Assembly (NCBI GenBank): GCA_963838925.1
Contig: CAWISW010000003.1
Coordinates: 32,001 to 96,000, forward strand
Direction: 5' to 3'
Source: an uncultured Nitrososphaerota archaeon
GTDB lineage: Archaea > Thermoproteota > Nitrososphaeria > Nitrososphaerales > Gagatemarchaeaceae
DNA length: 64,000 nucleotides
The position numbers were made by a program, and so were the translations under genes. Below the pieces are notes generated by a model. The model was not told where the DNA came from, did no database searches, and worked only from the letters and a program-made list of their open reading frames with translations. Shown here piece by piece: positions 18,770 to 29,300 of the stretch (position 1 is the stretch's first letter; each line of letters starts with the position of its first letter).

Positions 18770-19459
18770 CTACGATGCTTCCACGAGCTCGTTCAGGATC
18801 TTCTCGGGGTCCTTGGACTTTGTGAAGGCGGAGGAGACTCCCCACCCGTCCGCCCCCAGCTCTAGCGCCTTCCTGACGTCGCCCGCGTTGCTGATTCCTG
18901 CCCCGACGAGGCGCCTCACCCTGGGCGTGACCTTGCTCACAAAGTCGGTTATCTGGGAGGGCTTGGCGGTGGAGACGGATATGCCCGTGCCGACCAGCTC
19001 CGGCGGCTCGTACGCTATCATCTCCGGGCCTAAGGCAGCGATCTTCATGCTCTCCTCGATGCTGTCGGCGAAGCAGAGGCTCATGAGCCCGTGCGCCTTC
19101 GCTGCCTTGATCCTCTTCCCGACCTCGTCGATGGACAGCCTTCGTTCGGAGTGGTTGAGGAGGGTCCCCACCGCCCCGGCCTCCTTGACGGCGAGCGGAG
19201 AGATCGAGCCCGTGAACTTCCCTATCCCGTCGTCGATGTGCTGGGCGAAGACGGGCGTGTAGGCCGACGACTCGCCTGCTATCCTGTAGATGTCGGTGAA
19301 CTGCGGCGAGATGATTATCCTCTTTCCGTGCTTCATGGCGACGCTCCGGCAGATGCGCCCGAGCCTGACGGCTCGGGCGCCGGTCGCCTCCTCGTAGGTC
19401 TTGAAGTTGATTATGATTATCGGGAGGTGCTCGAGGAGGGAGTTGCGGACGTCGCTCAA
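18770..19459 (-). CDS. tpiA: Triosephosphate isomerase (archaeal type)
   Basis: INFKTY, FAQHID, LNHSERR, IAYEPPELVGTG, VGAGI. Confidence 0.97.
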   Translation of the reverse strand: MSDVRNSLLEHLPIIIINFKTYEEATGARAVRLGRICRSVAMKHGKRIIISPQFTDIYRIAGESSAYTPVFAQHIDDGIGKFTGSISPLAVKEAGAVGTLLNHSERRLSIDEVGKRIKAAKAHGLMSLCFADSIEESMKIAALGPEMIAYEPPELVGTGISVSTAKPSQITDFVSKVTPRVRRLVGAGISNAGDVRKALELGADGWGVSSAFTKSKDPEKILNELVEAS

Positions 19460-19520
19460 GGCAGGTTCGGAGCTTGCCCTGCTGGCGGGCCGCTAAATCC
19501 GTTTCCAGAGCCGTTCCGAA

Positions 19521-20108
19521 CTAGGGGGCCGGCGAACCGACCACGGTCATGTAGACGACGTTCGAGGTCGCCGTCGTGCCATCGGAGAAGGTGATGATCG
19601 CGTAGACATCGTGCTGGCACGGTTGCGGGTTGGGGCACGCGGTCAGGACTGTCTCCCCAGCGTTCCCAAAGCCAAGCACGTAGGTGCGCCCCGTGGAGGT
19701 GACGTTCCATGGGTTGGCGTCCTGAGGGTTCCCGTCGAAGACGGTCTTGATCATGGTCGGGGTGAGCGAGTTGGGTACGGTCACCTGGACGTTGATGGGC
19801 TGCCCGTAGGTGTAGTAGAGGGTGTTGCCGAGATGCCCGTCCGCGCACGTGACCCCCGCCGCCACGTCGCCCGTCGTCCCCACCAGCACGGGGCCGGAGA
19901 CGATCGTGATCGTTTGGCTCGAGCTGCTCCCGGCGCACGTCTGGGTCGTGGTGGTGGTCGTCGTGGAGGTGGCGGACGTGGTGTGGGTCGAGGTCGTGGT
20001 CGTGGAGCCGCCGAGGCTGACCACTAGGACGGCTGCGACGACTATCACGAAGACTACGACGACAGCAATCCAGATGATCGGCCTTCTGCCCGGTGCGGGC
20101 TTCGCCAT
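19521..20108 (-). CDS. Membrane-anchored extracellular protein with Thr-rich linker
   Basis: N-terminal TM, poly-Thr, paired Cys. Confidence 0.7.
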   Translation of the reverse strand: MAKPAPGRRPIIWIAVVVVFVIVVAAVLVVSLGGSTTTTSTHTTSATSTTTTTTTQTCAGSSSSQTITIVSGPVLVGTTGDVAAGVTCADGHLGNTLYYTYGQPINVQVTVPNSLTPTMIKTVFDGNPQDANPWNVTSTGRTYVLGFGNAGETVLTACPNPQPCQHDVYAIITFSDGTTATSNVVYMTVVGSPAP

Positions 20109-20179
20109 CGAGCTTCGACTGGTCAGAGCCGCGTCGATTTATTTAATTCTATCCGAACTCGCCCGAAGGGACCTCCGGC

Positions 20180-20437
20180 TCACTTGCCGGGGTTCTGCTC
20201 GACGACCCTCGCGACGACGTACGTCCTGACCAGGGTCGTGCCCGCGGAGAGCATCACGAAGCCGATGACAGCGGAGAGCAGCGCGGCTACCACCGCCTGG
20301 CCGCCCGAGGGGGAGATCAGGGTGACCGAGGCGAGGAAGAAGTAGATGGATATCGCTATCAGCGCGATGCCGACCCACAGCGAGACCGCCGCGAACCTCC
20401 TCTGGGTGCTCCCGCTCGCTCCGCTCGTCGCCATCAA
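20180..20437 (-). CDS. Small two-TM membrane protein
   Basis: Two hydrophobic segments. Confidence 0.65.
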   Translation of the reverse strand: MMATSGASGSTQRRFAAVSLWVGIALIAISIYFFLASVTLISPSGGQAVVAALLSAVIGFVMLSAGTTLVRTYVVARVVEQNPGK

Positions 20438-20497
20438 GCATCGTCCTCGGCTGTCACTTTGAGGCGGTCCAGCATATAAAAACAGGGCGCGGCCATT

Positions 20498-21547
20498 TCA
20501 ACCCCAAAGAAGCTTGATCAGGTCGCGGAGGTAGTCCTGCGACTGGGCGAAGAGTATGTCGACCCTGACTATCGCGCTCTGTATGGTTGTCTGGATGAGG
20601 ACCTCGAGCGGCGTCGGGGAGGGGGTCTGCAGGTTGAAGATCGCGAGGAGGTCGCGAGAGAACTGCCCCCTGGGCAGGAACAACGCGAGGGCGGCTATGA
20701 GCCCGGCGCAGTAAGCGACCGTCAGGAATCCCCACGCCCTGCCCCCCGACGGCTTGTAGCGCGCGATCCTCCGGACCGTCTTCGTGGTCGGCTCTATCTC
20801 CCCCAGGAGCTCCATCTTCGCGTCGGCTGCGTTCAGCGTGAAGTGGAGGATCACCGGCTCGAGGAACTCGCGCATGATCCAGATCGCCGCGCCGGCGACG
20901 AAGAGCGTGGTCATTACGAGGCCGATGCGCGTCTGCAGGTACAGAGACGCCAGCCCGGAGAGCGGCGGGGGGAGGCGCGCCGCCTGGACCCCGAGGTCTC
21001 CGACGACGGTCTCGACGACGACCACCAGCGCGAGGGCCGCGGCGAGGGGGACGACCGAGTCGAGGGCCACCCCGAGGATGTTGTAGCCCAGGGGGCCTGA
21101 GGACTTGACGTCGGGGCGCCTCCCGGAGAGGAGCTTCACGCCCCTGCCGTAGGTGAAGCCCGCCAGGGCGAGGAAGGCGGCGGCGATCACGAGGACTACG
21201 GCGTCGCCCAGGTTGAGCGGTATCCCCAGGAACGAGATCGAGCTAGCGACGCTCGCAGCCACGAAGAAAGATGCGATGAGGAGGGTCACGAGGAGCGACG
21301 GGCGGAAGGAGAAGACGGCGTAGAGAGAGGCGAGCAGGAGGGCCCAGGGGAGGACCTGCGCCGCAAGCGACGCCGCGCCGCTCGAGGCGGCCTGGACGAG
21401 GAGGTCTCCGGGGGTCGATGACACGGCTATCGAGAATACCAGCTCGGCGACGATGGCCGGCAGGACGAGGGCGTAGTAGACGAGCGCGCCCCTCGTCGAG
21501 TACCTCGAGAGGAGGGACGGCTGCTCCGGCTCCGCGTCGGGCGCCAC
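20498..21547 (-). CDS. Multi-pass membrane protein, last gene of the second MoxR operon
   Basis: Several TM segments; 2-nt gap to the DUF58 gene. Confidence 0.7.
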   Translation of the reverse strand: MAPDAEPEQPSLLSRYSTRGALVYYALVLPAIVAELVFSIAVSSTPGDLLVQAASSGAASLAAQVLPWALLLASLYAVFSFRPSLLVTLLIASFFVAASVASSISFLGIPLNLGDAVVLVIAAAFLALAGFTYGRGVKLLSGRRPDVKSSGPLGYNILGVALDSVVPLAAALALVVVVETVVGDLGVQAARLPPPLSGLASLYLQTRIGLVMTTLFVAGAAIWIMREFLEPVILHFTLNAADAKMELLGEIEPTTKTVRRIARYKPSGGRAWGFLTVAYCAGLIAALALFLPRGQFSRDLLAIFNLQTPSPTPLEVLIQTTIQSAIVRVDILFAQSQDYLRDLIKLLWG

Positions 21548-21549
21548 GG

Positions 21550-22887
21550 CTATGAGCCTCCCTTCCTTCGCAGCTCCTCGACCTGCAGGACGAGCTTGGC
21601 GAAGAGGTCGTCGGGGCCGACGTCCACGACCGGGATGCCCAGGGCGAGCGCCTGCTTCAGGAGCTTCTTCCTCGTCCTGAGCTCGTGGGACGTCCGGATG
21701 GAGTAGACGGTCCTGTCGAGCCCCTTCAGGCCGTGGGCCTCGAAGAGCCTGGTGTACGGCGACACGACGATTACCTCGTGGTTGATCTCGAGGAGCTGCT
21801 TCAGGGGCTGGAGGTCACGCTCAAGGTCGAGGTCGGTGATCACGAAGAAGAGGGTCTTGCCCTTCACGCCTCCCAGCGCGAGGCACCTGCTCACCGCGCT
21901 CCTGAGGGCGTCCGCCGGGGACGCCTTGGGGCTGAGGCCTCCCAGCGCCCCGAGCAGGCGGTAGGCCTGCACCTCCCCCCTGGCGAGCGGGAGGACGGCC
22001 GCAGGCTTGTCCCCCTGGATTATCGTGAGCCCTATGAAGTCTCCCCGCTTGGAGAGGTAGCTGACCAGGGAGGCGACCGCCCTTGCGGCGTAGTCCAGCT
22101 TCGTCCTCCCCGCCTCCCCGTAGGCCATGCTCTCCGTGGAGTCTAGGATCACCATCACGTTGAGCTGGGTCTCGGCGTTCAGCTCCCTCACCATGAGGCG
22201 GTTGGTCTTCGCGGTGGCGTGCCACTCTATCCGCTTGTAGGGGTCGCCGGGCTCGTAGCGCCTGATGTCCGCGAACTCGAGGCCCTCGCCCTTCCTCCTC
22301 GAGGTGAGGCTCCCCCCGTACGTCGACATCGCGACCGCGGTCAGGACCCCCTTCGTGAGCTCCCTCCCGGCTGGAGTCACCTCGACGGTGCTCGGGACGG
22401 CCTCAGCGACGCTCCTCTCGTAGAAGAAGAGCCCGGCCATGTCCCTCGTGACGACGCGGAGCGGTCCGAACGCGTTGGAGCCTATCGAGGTGGGCTTGAC
22501 TCGGTAGCGCACCTCGGCGTAGCCCTTCGCGGGGACGTTCACCACGCCGGCGTTCGCGCCTGACTTTATCCTGAAGAAGGGAGGGTACGTGTCCAGGAGC
22601 TCGAGCGGGAGCCTGACGAAGGTCTTGTTGACGAACGAGAGCTCGACCTCGAGCTGCGCGCCCTCGTTGACCCGCGGGGGGAACTTCCGCGTTATCTCGA
22701 GCGTGTCGAGCGCCTTGACCTTGAGCTGGAGGAGGAGCTTCGAGGCGTAGTAGAAGAGGAAGAGGCCCACCCCGGCGTAGAGGAGGAAGGACTGCGACTC
22801 GAGCGCTCCGACTATCCCGAGCGCGATGAGGACGGCGGAGAGCAGCAGGAGCGTGTTACCCCTCGGCGTCCTCCGGAAGACGGTCAA
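21550..22887 (-). CDS. DUF58/vWA-like protein
   Basis: GEGLEFADIRRYEPGDPYKRIEWHATAK, ILDSTESM, FVITDL. Confidence 0.9.
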   Translation of the reverse strand: MTVFRRTPRGNTLLLLSAVLIALGIVGALESQSFLLYAGVGLFLFYYASKLLLQLKVKALDTLEITRKFPPRVNEGAQLEVELSFVNKTFVRLPLELLDTYPPFFRIKSGANAGVVNVPAKGYAEVRYRVKPTSIGSNAFGPLRVVTRDMAGLFFYERSVAEAVPSTVEVTPAGRELTKGVLTAVAMSTYGGSLTSRRKGEGLEFADIRRYEPGDPYKRIEWHATAKTNRLMVRELNAETQLNVMVILDSTESMAYGEAGRTKLDYAARAVASLVSYLSKRGDFIGLTIIQGDKPAAVLPLARGEVQAYRLLGALGGLSPKASPADALRSAVSRCLALGGVKGKTLFFVITDLDLERDLQPLKQLLEINHEVIVVSPYTRLFEAHGLKGLDRTVYSIRTSHELRTRKKLLKQALALGIPVVDVGPDDLFAKLVLQVEELRRKGGS

Positions 22888-22890
22888 TCG

Positions 22891-23838
22891 CTACGGGACC
22901 TTCGTCGACTGGAGCACCTGGCCGACGACGGTGGATTGCGTCACGCCGTCGAGGATGGCCTCCTGCCTGAGTACCAGCCTGTGCGAGAGGACGTAGGGGG
23001 CGACCCTCTTCACGTCGTCTGGGATGAGGTATCCCCTCCCCTCCACGAGGGCGATGCCCGCGGACCCCACCTGGAGCGAGGTCGCGGCCCTGGGTGACCC
23101 GCCCAGCCTGACGGCGGGGTGCGCCCTCGTCGCCTCCACGATGTCGGCGATGTACCCGCGGATGGACTCGTCGATGTTCACGCCCCAGACCGCGGAGGGT
23201 ATGAGGCCCTGGAGCGACTTCTCGTCCGCGACTGGCTTGACCTTGGTCTCCATTATGCCCCTCAGGTTCTTGAGCATCAGCATAGTCTCCGCCCTGGATG
23301 GGTAGCCTATCTCCACCCTCATCAGGAACCTGTCGATCTGCGCTTCGGGCAGGGGGTACGTCCCCTCGAACTCGATCGGGTTCTGGGTCGCGAGGACGAT
23401 GAAGGGGGCGGGAAGGGGCATTGTCGTCCCCTCGATCGTGACCTGCCGCTCCTGCATCGCCTCTAGGAGGGCCGACTGCGTCTTGGGGGAGGCGCGGTTG
23501 ATCTCGTCGGCGAGGATTATGTTCCCGAAGATGGGCCCCTTCCTGATCTTAAAGTCGGACACCTTCTGGTCGAAGACGTAGGTCCCGATTATGTCCGATG
23601 GGAGGAGGTCGGGGGTGAACTGGAGGCGGTCGAACTGGAGGCCGAGCGAGCTCGCGAGCGCCTTGGCCATGCTCGTCTTCGCGACCCCGGGGACGCCCTC
23701 GAGGAGGACGTGGCCCCCGGCGAAGAGGCACGCCTCGATGAGCTTGAGCTCCTGCGTCTTTCCCACGATTACCTTGGAGACCTCCGCGAGGATCCTGTCG
23801 GAGAGGTCCTTGACCTGGGCGGCCTGGCTCATCGTCAT
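22891..23838 (-). CDS. moxR: MoxR-family AAA+ ATPase
   Basis: GVPGVAKT, FTPDLLPSDI, DEINRASPKTQSALLEAMQE, LPEAQIDRF. Confidence 0.95.
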   Translation of the reverse strand: MTMSQAAQVKDLSDRILAEVSKVIVGKTQELKLIEACLFAGGHVLLEGVPGVAKTSMAKALASSLGLQFDRLQFTPDLLPSDIIGTYVFDQKVSDFKIRKGPIFGNIILADEINRASPKTQSALLEAMQERQVTIEGTTMPLPAPFIVLATQNPIEFEGTYPLPEAQIDRFLMRVEIGYPSRAETMLMLKNLRGIMETKVKPVADEKSLQGLIPSAVWGVNIDESIRGYIADIVEATRAHPAVRLGGSPRAATSLQVGSAGIALVEGRGYLIPDDVKRVAPYVLSHRLVLRQEAILDGVTQSTVVGQVLQSTKVP

Positions 23839-23873
23839 CTAGGTGACGCTCCACCATCGAGGCCCGTCCGCAA

Positions 23874-25352
23874 TTAAGCTCTCACCCTCTCCCTCATGAG
23901 CTGCTCCATCCTCTGGCCGGACGGCTCCTCGTCGCCGGCGATGGTGATCCCGAGCCGGTTGAGGAAGGCCTCGGCGTCGGCGGTGGTCCTCGCCGTGAGG
24001 GCGCGCCATCGGAGGACGGGCGGGAAGAGGAACCTCCTGTCGCCCGAGGCGTAGTGGCGGAGCCTCGACAGCGAGAGGAAGAGCTTCTTCGCGCGCTTGG
24101 CGTCGTCGGCGCCTATCCTTTGGGCGAGGGCGCTCTCCGTGACCGTCGAGATGCCCGCCCCGAACTCGCCTGCGACTATCGAGTCGAGGACGTCGTAGAG
24201 CTGGGCGAGCGTCGCGACGTAGCCGGCCTTGGAGCGAGTCGCCTGGAGGAAGTCGGCCCTCGCCCTGGACTGGGCGACGATGGTCCGCTCCACGTTGGGG
24301 ACGGGCTGGTCGTCCTTGCCCTTCTTCTCGGGGGCGAACCACCTGGTGACTGCCCCGTAGACCGAGATGAGCAGGATCAGCGCGACGAGGGCGCTGGCGA
24401 CGCCGTCGGAGATGTGGAGGCCGAAGCCCCCGAGGAACCCGCTCACCTGCGACGGGAAGCTCGCGTAGTAGCTGTTGAGCCCCGAGAGCGACTGCTCGAT
24501 GCTGTAGGCCACGAGGGGCCCGATAGGGAGGCCCGCCTCGAACTTCGGGGGCTTGGCCCCGACGTACTGCGAGTTGTCTAGGAGTATCGTCACGCCCTTC
24601 CCCGGGTCGACGTAGCTCAGCATCGCCGCCACGAAGGCCCTCTCGTTGATGCCCGCCTGGGGCTGGGTGTAGTTGAACAGGAAGTTGGTGAAGGGCGCCG
24701 AGTCGGAGATCAGGAGCGCCTGGGCGCCAGCCGGTGAGCTTCCGGCCGCGACGACCGTCCTTGTGCCGACGCTCGGATCCCCGAGGTCTGAGGAGAGCGC
24801 AGAGGTCGAGGCCGCGGAGTGGAGCGGAGATGAAGATGAGAGCATGATCGGCGAGGCGATGTCGATCACCCCCTGGGTGCTGGTGGAGCCGAGCGAAAGG
24901 TCGACCGCGAAGACCCGCTTGTCCACGAAGGTCGAGGTAGGGTCGACGACCGGGTGCCCCGAGACCTGTGCCCCGAACGCGCCTAGCACTGCCGAGTTGG
25001 TGGTGTTCCCTTCCGCTATCAGCGAGGAGATCTTTCCGCTGTCGAATCCCCCCTTCACGGCCGAGACCTCGATGTTGCTCATGGCGAGGTCGGGGCCGAC
25101 CAGGAGGTAGACCAGCTTCTGCTGCCCGAGGAGGCTCGTCACGACGTCGTTCGTGGTGTTCGCCACCGTGACCTGGTAACCTGCCTGGTGGAGGTAGGAG
25201 ACGAACATCGAGGTCCCGGACGCGGAGGTGTCGGTAGGGCCCGTCCCCCCGTCGCCCCCGGGGGATGCGGAGAAGCCGATGGTGGAGGGCGAGTAGATCA
25301 CGGCGACGAGCGCCACCACGCCGAGTATCGAGAGGAACTGGCGGAGCTTCAT
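23874..25352 (-). CDS. DUF4350-like secreted/membrane protein
   Basis: Signal peptide MKLRQFLSILGVVALV, SGTSMF, ISDSAPFTN, C-terminal TM; operon context. Confidence 0.65.
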   Translation of the reverse strand: MKLRQFLSILGVVALVAVIYSPSTIGFSASPGGDGGTGPTDTSASGTSMFVSYLHQAGYQVTVANTTNDVVTSLLGQQKLVYLLVGPDLAMSNIEVSAVKGGFDSGKISSLIAEGNTTNSAVLGAFGAQVSGHPVVDPTSTFVDKRVFAVDLSLGSTSTQGVIDIASPIMLSSSSPLHSAASTSALSSDLGDPSVGTRTVVAAGSSPAGAQALLISDSAPFTNFLFNYTQPQAGINERAFVAAMLSYVDPGKGVTILLDNSQYVGAKPPKFEAGLPIGPLVAYSIEQSLSGLNSYYASFPSQVSGFLGGFGLHISDGVASALVALILLISVYGAVTRWFAPEKKGKDDQPVPNVERTIVAQSRARADFLQATRSKAGYVATLAQLYDVLDSIVAGEFGAGISTVTESALAQRIGADDAKRAKKLFLSLSRLRHYASGDRRFLFPPVLRWRALTARTTADAEAFLNRLGITIAGDEEPSGQRMEQLMRERVRA

Positions 25353-26467
25353 CGGTCCACCTTCTCGATGGCCATGAAGGAGGACGCGGCCATGTAGGCG
25401 TCGGACGCCTCCACCTCCTCGCCCGAGAACTTCGCCTTCTCGTAGAGGGAGGATATCGTGCCGACGGCCGCCGCCTCGGGCCTCCCCTCGCACTTCGAGG
25501 TGAACTCTCGGTGGGTGTCCGAGTCGAGCTTGGGGACCCCCCTCCGCGCCATGAGCCTGACCGCGCGCCCGAAGTAGAACTCTATCCTCTTCCTCGGGTC
25601 GGAAGGCGCCTCCCCGCCCTCGTCCTTCCCTCCCCTGAACATGGTCATTCCGGGGAGGCTCTGCGAGCCGGCGAGCGTGACGATCCTGCCCCTTGAGAAG
25701 TAGAAGGCGGCCACCGCCGCGACCGCGAGGAGCGGAAGAGCGAAGTCGGCGAGCGGGATGGCCGGGAGACCCGCCGAGGGCGAGCCCACGGAGAAGGATG
25801 GCGCGCCGATGGAGGGGACCGAGAGCCCCGGGACCCCGGAGATCCCGGGGAGCTTGATTGGCGCGCCGCCCGAAAGCCCGCTGCTGCCCACGAAGGCGCT
25901 CTGGCTGAGGAGGCTGGAGTTCTGCAGGAGCTCGCTCGCCATCGTCGCGTTCGCGAACTGCATGAGGCTGGCGAGGCTCTGCATGTCCACGGAGAGCGTC
26001 TGCTTCGACTGGCTCGAGGCGCCGTTCTGGGACCCGGAGCTCTGGCTGAGGAGGCTCGCCAGCGTGTTCGCGTTGACCGACGCGCCGTTGCTCCCGACGG
26101 AGAGGCTCTGGAGGAGTGCGCTGAGCGACTGCGAGGCTCCGCTGCTGGGGTTCGCCGAGAGCCCCTGGAGCTGAGCGAGGGTCGAGGCCGCGCCGTTGTA
26201 GTTCCCGCTGTTCAGCTGCGACTGGAACTCCGAGAGGAGCTGCTGGAGCTGGGTGTCGTTCGTCCCCTGGGAGAGGGTGCTGAGGGCCGAGCCCAGCTGC
26301 TGGGGGCTGACCGTCGGCACCTGGGTGAGCTGCCCCGCGTTCGAGTCGTCGGCTGCGTGGGCGGGCGCCGCCACGACCCCGGCCAGGGCGAGAAGGACGA
26401 GGGCGCCGGCGAGCGATAGGGCGGCCGCCCTGCGCCCAATACCAGCTTCCGCTGATGCTGCTGGCAA
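25349..26467 (-). CDS. DUF4129 domain membrane protein
   Basis: Signal peptide, Ser/Gln-rich region, TM, SDTHREF...LYEKAKFS. Confidence 0.75.
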   Translation of the reverse strand: MPAASAEAGIGRRAAALSLAGALVLLALAGVVAAPAHAADDSNAGQLTQVPTVSPQQLGSALSTLSQGTNDTQLQQLLSEFQSQLNSGNYNGAASTLAQLQGLSANPSSGASQSLSALLQSLSVGSNGASVNANTLASLLSQSSGSQNGASSQSKQTLSVDMQSLASLMQFANATMASELLQNSSLLSQSAFVGSSGLSGGAPIKLPGISGVPGLSVPSIGAPSFSVGSPSAGLPAIPLADFALPLLAVAAVAAFYFSRGRIVTLAGSQSLPGMTMFRGGKDEGGEAPSDPRKRIEFYFGRAVRLMARRGVPKLDSDTHREFTSKCEGRPEAAAVGTISSLYEKAKFSGEEVEASDAYMAASSFMAIEKVDR

Positions 26468-26546
26468 CGGTCGCCTTGTGCGACCCCCGAATCATTTAAC
26501 CTTGCTAGAGCCCCAATCCATCTCCGCCGAGCGCCGTCGCGGCAGC

Positions 26547-27716
26547 TCAGCCGAGCGCCTGGTCGAGGTCCGCCTGGAGGTCTAGCAGGTCCTCGAGCCC
26601 GAGGGCGAGCCTGAGGAGGTTCTCGCCTATCCCCAGCTCCTTCCTCACCGCGGGGGAGATCGTCTTGGAGGCGCTCGTCAGGGGGTAGTTGAGCAGGGTC
26701 TCGGTCCCGCCGAGGCTGGGGGACGGCTTCACGAGCCGGATCCGCTTGAGGACCTCGATGGCCTCCGCCTTGCCTCCCCTCACCTTGAAGCTCAAGACCC
26801 CGCCGTAGCGGCCTCGCTCGAGGAAGAGCCTGTCCGCTATCTTGTGGTACTCGCTGTCCTTGAGGCCGGGGTAGTAGACCTTCTCGACGTTGGGGTGCTC
26901 GTCGAGGAACTTCGCGAGCGCGAGCGCGTTCTTGCACTGGACGTCGAAGCGCGCCTTCAGCGTCGCGACGCCGCGGAGCGCGAGGAAGGCCTCGAACGGC
27001 CCCATGATCGACCCCAGCCTCCTCCGGAACTCCCAGAGCTCCACTAAGTCGATGGGGTCGTTGAGGGCGATGGCCCCGCCGACGACGTCGTTGTGGCCCG
27101 AGAGGTACTTTGTGACGCTGTGCACCGAGAGCCAGGCGCCCCGGTCGAGCGGGCGGTAGAGGAGGGGCGTGGCGAACGTGTTGTCCACGACGAGCCGCGC
27201 CCCGACCTCCTGGCACCTCTTGGTGATGGCGGGGATGTCGACCACCCTGACTAGGGGGTTGGTTATCGTCTCGACGAGGACGAGGGCGACCCCGGGCTTG
27301 ATCTTCTGGAGGAAGTCCTCGGTGTCGGGCCCTGCGAGGACGGTCTTCACCCCGAACTTCGAGAGGTTGAGCGCGAGGTCCTGCGTCGTCCCGTAGGACT
27401 CCTTTGTTATCACGATGGTGTCGCCGCTGGCGAGCGATGAGAGGTAGACCGCCGCGATGCCGCCCATCCCGCTGCTGAAGGCCAGGGAGTGGTCGGCCCC
27501 CTCCAGCTTCGCGATGACCTTCTCGAAGCCCCTTACCGTCGGGTTCTCCTCCCTCGAGTACTTCTGCTCGAAGCCCCTGTCGCTCTTCCTGGCCTCCCCC
27601 GTCCTGCGGTCGGGGTGCTCGAAGATGGTCGAGAGGTAGAGGGGGACTCGGAAGGCGCCCGTCTCCACGTCGTAGTAGTCGTGGCCGTGGACGCTGTCCG
27701 TGGAGGGCTTCGGCAA
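26547..27716 (-). CDS. Cystathionine gamma-synthase/lyase family PLP enzyme
   Basis: YSREENPT, AFSSGM, ETITNP, VDNTFATP, HSVTKYLSGHND, SLGGTETL. Confidence 0.93.
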   Translation of the reverse strand: MPKPSTDSVHGHDYYDVETGAFRVPLYLSTIFEHPDRRTGEARKSDRGFEQKYSREENPTVRGFEKVIAKLEGADHSLAFSSGMGGIAAVYLSSLASGDTIVITKESYGTTQDLALNLSKFGVKTVLAGPDTEDFLQKIKPGVALVLVETITNPLVRVVDIPAITKRCQEVGARLVVDNTFATPLLYRPLDRGAWLSVHSVTKYLSGHNDVVGGAIALNDPIDLVELWEFRRRLGSIMGPFEAFLALRGVATLKARFDVQCKNALALAKFLDEHPNVEKVYYPGLKDSEYHKIADRLFLERGRYGGVLSFKVRGGKAEAIEVLKRIRLVKPSPSLGGTETLLNYPLTSASKTISPAVRKELGIGENLLRLALGLEDLLDLQADLDQALG

Positions 27717-27812
27717 GCTGCTAGCTACCGTCGCGTCCCAGAATCATCGAATTCATAAGCTTGCCGAAGCGCAAAGTCGGATAGGAATAGTGAGGAGCGA
27801 GGGCTCTTCGAA

Positions 27813-29300
27813 TCAGCCGGCGGGGCCGCCCATGGATATCGGGGCACCGACCTCAACAGGTGCGAAGAGCGTCATGCTCGCGCTGCCCACCTGGACCTCG
27901 ATTACCAGCGTGTATCCGCCGAGCGGAGCGGAGGTCGCGGTGTAGTCGCCAATGGCGAACTCGAGCGGCTGGTATGGGGCGATGGACAGGTTGGTCGAGG
28001 ACTGGGGGACAGTGAACTGGAGCCAGGACGGTAGCGGGACTATCGCGCCTCCCGCCTCATACAGGCCCGCGATGGAGACGACGACCGGCAGGGACTGGTT
28101 GGCTGGAGGGCTCGGAGGGTCGTAGATTAGCGACACGCCGCCGAAGTTCGTCTGGTCGGCCGCGGACAGCCCCCAGGTGGGGGTCTCGAAGTCCTGGCCG
28201 GAGGCGAGCGAGTGGAAGACCACGGCCCCGCCGGCGCCCTCCAGCGGCAGCCCCACCTCGCCGACGCTCCCACCGCTCGCGGACGCCTGGATTATCATCG
28301 TGACGTTGCTGATGTCGTTGTTGACGAAGGGCCTGACCGCGCCGGAGAGGAGCATGTCAGCCTCCGTCCCGTTGGGGCCCACCTCTGGGAGGAACGAGGG
28401 GAGGAACCTCACCCAGTCCCCCCTTATCACGCTGATCGAGCTCAGGTTGACGCTGCGGACCACGGTGGGCGAGGTGAGAGTCAGCGGCCACGTCTCGAGG
28501 TCGGGGCCGCTTACGGTCGTCTGGCCCTGCGAGCTAGGTGCAGAGCCACCTGCGGGCTGGGTAAGCGATGTCATCCGGACCGAGGGTGAGCCTATCGATA
28601 TGGAGATGCTTCCCTCGGTAAAATTGACGGACTCTATCTGCTGGATCCCGAAGTAGTCAACCGTGTAGGAGTGGCCCCAGGTCGCGTTGACCTTGAGGAT
28701 GTAGTCGCCGGCAGGGAGGATGCCGAGCGCGAATCCAGAGATTGAGGAGGGGTTTGACGCGACGAGGCTCATCGACCCCGACTGGAAGAGTGAGGCGGCC
28801 AGGGTCAGCCCCGTCATGCTGACGAAGGACGCTCCGCCAAAGCCCACGTAGATGTCCTCGGGGAACTGGAATCCCAGCGTGGCGTTGGGGTAGACTGCAA
28901 TCGTCGGGAGACCGCTCATCTCCGTTGGGGAGGCGGCGGAGTGGCATCCTAAGGCCGCGGTCGTTCCAGCCTGGACGGTCGTCGCGTTCCCGGCCCAGCA
29001 GTAAGGACCTTGCTCGCCCGCGAACGGCATGTTGTCGTACTCCGCCACTATCTCCGGGGCGTTCCCCAGGAGCGAGGGAGGTAGAGGCGGTACGCCACGC
29101 TCGGAGGGCGGCGCCGTCCCGGTCTGGGTCCCCGTCTGGTTTGTCTCAGTAGAATAGGGTCCAGGGGCTGTCGTCTGGGCTGGGGAGGGGTGGTTGGTCA
29201 CGAAGAAGACGCCGCCGGCAACGGTCACCCCGACGAGAATCGTGAGCACGAACAAGGTCGGGCCGGTCAGGCGGGGACGGGGCGGGGGCGCGGTGTCCAA
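27813..29300 (-). CDS. Membrane-anchored extracellular beta-rich protein
   Basis: N-terminal TM, many NxS/T sequons. Confidence 0.65.
   Translation of the reverse strand: MDTAPPPRPRLTGPTLFVLTILVGVTVAGGVFFVTNHPSPAQTTAPGPYSTETNQTGTQTGTAPPSERGVPPLPPSLLGNAPEIVAEYDNMPFAGEQGPYCWAGNATTVQAGTTAALGCHSAASPTEMSGLPTIAVYPNATLGFQFPEDIYVGFGGASFVSMTGLTLAASLFQSGSMSLVASNPSSISGFALGILPAGDYILKVNATWGHSYTVDYFGIQQIESVNFTEGSISISIGSPSVRMTSLTQPAGGSAPSSQGQTTVSGPDLETWPLTLTSPTVVRSVNLSSISVIRGDWVRFLPSFLPEVGPNGTEADMLLSGAVRPFVNNDISNVTMIIQASASGGSVGEVGLPLEGAGGAVVFHSLASGQDFETPTWGLSAADQTNFGGVSLIYDPPSPPANQSLPVVVSIAGLYEAGGAIVPLPSWLQFTVPQSSTNLSIAPYQPLEFAIGDYTATSAPLGGYTLVIEVQVGSASMTLFAPVEVGAPISMGGPAG

Noticed and set aside
23874-26495. 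873-aa ORF as one protein
   Set aside because: Its first part is an alternative frame over the DUF4129 gene; the real gene begins at MKLRQF (25352) with a signal peptide
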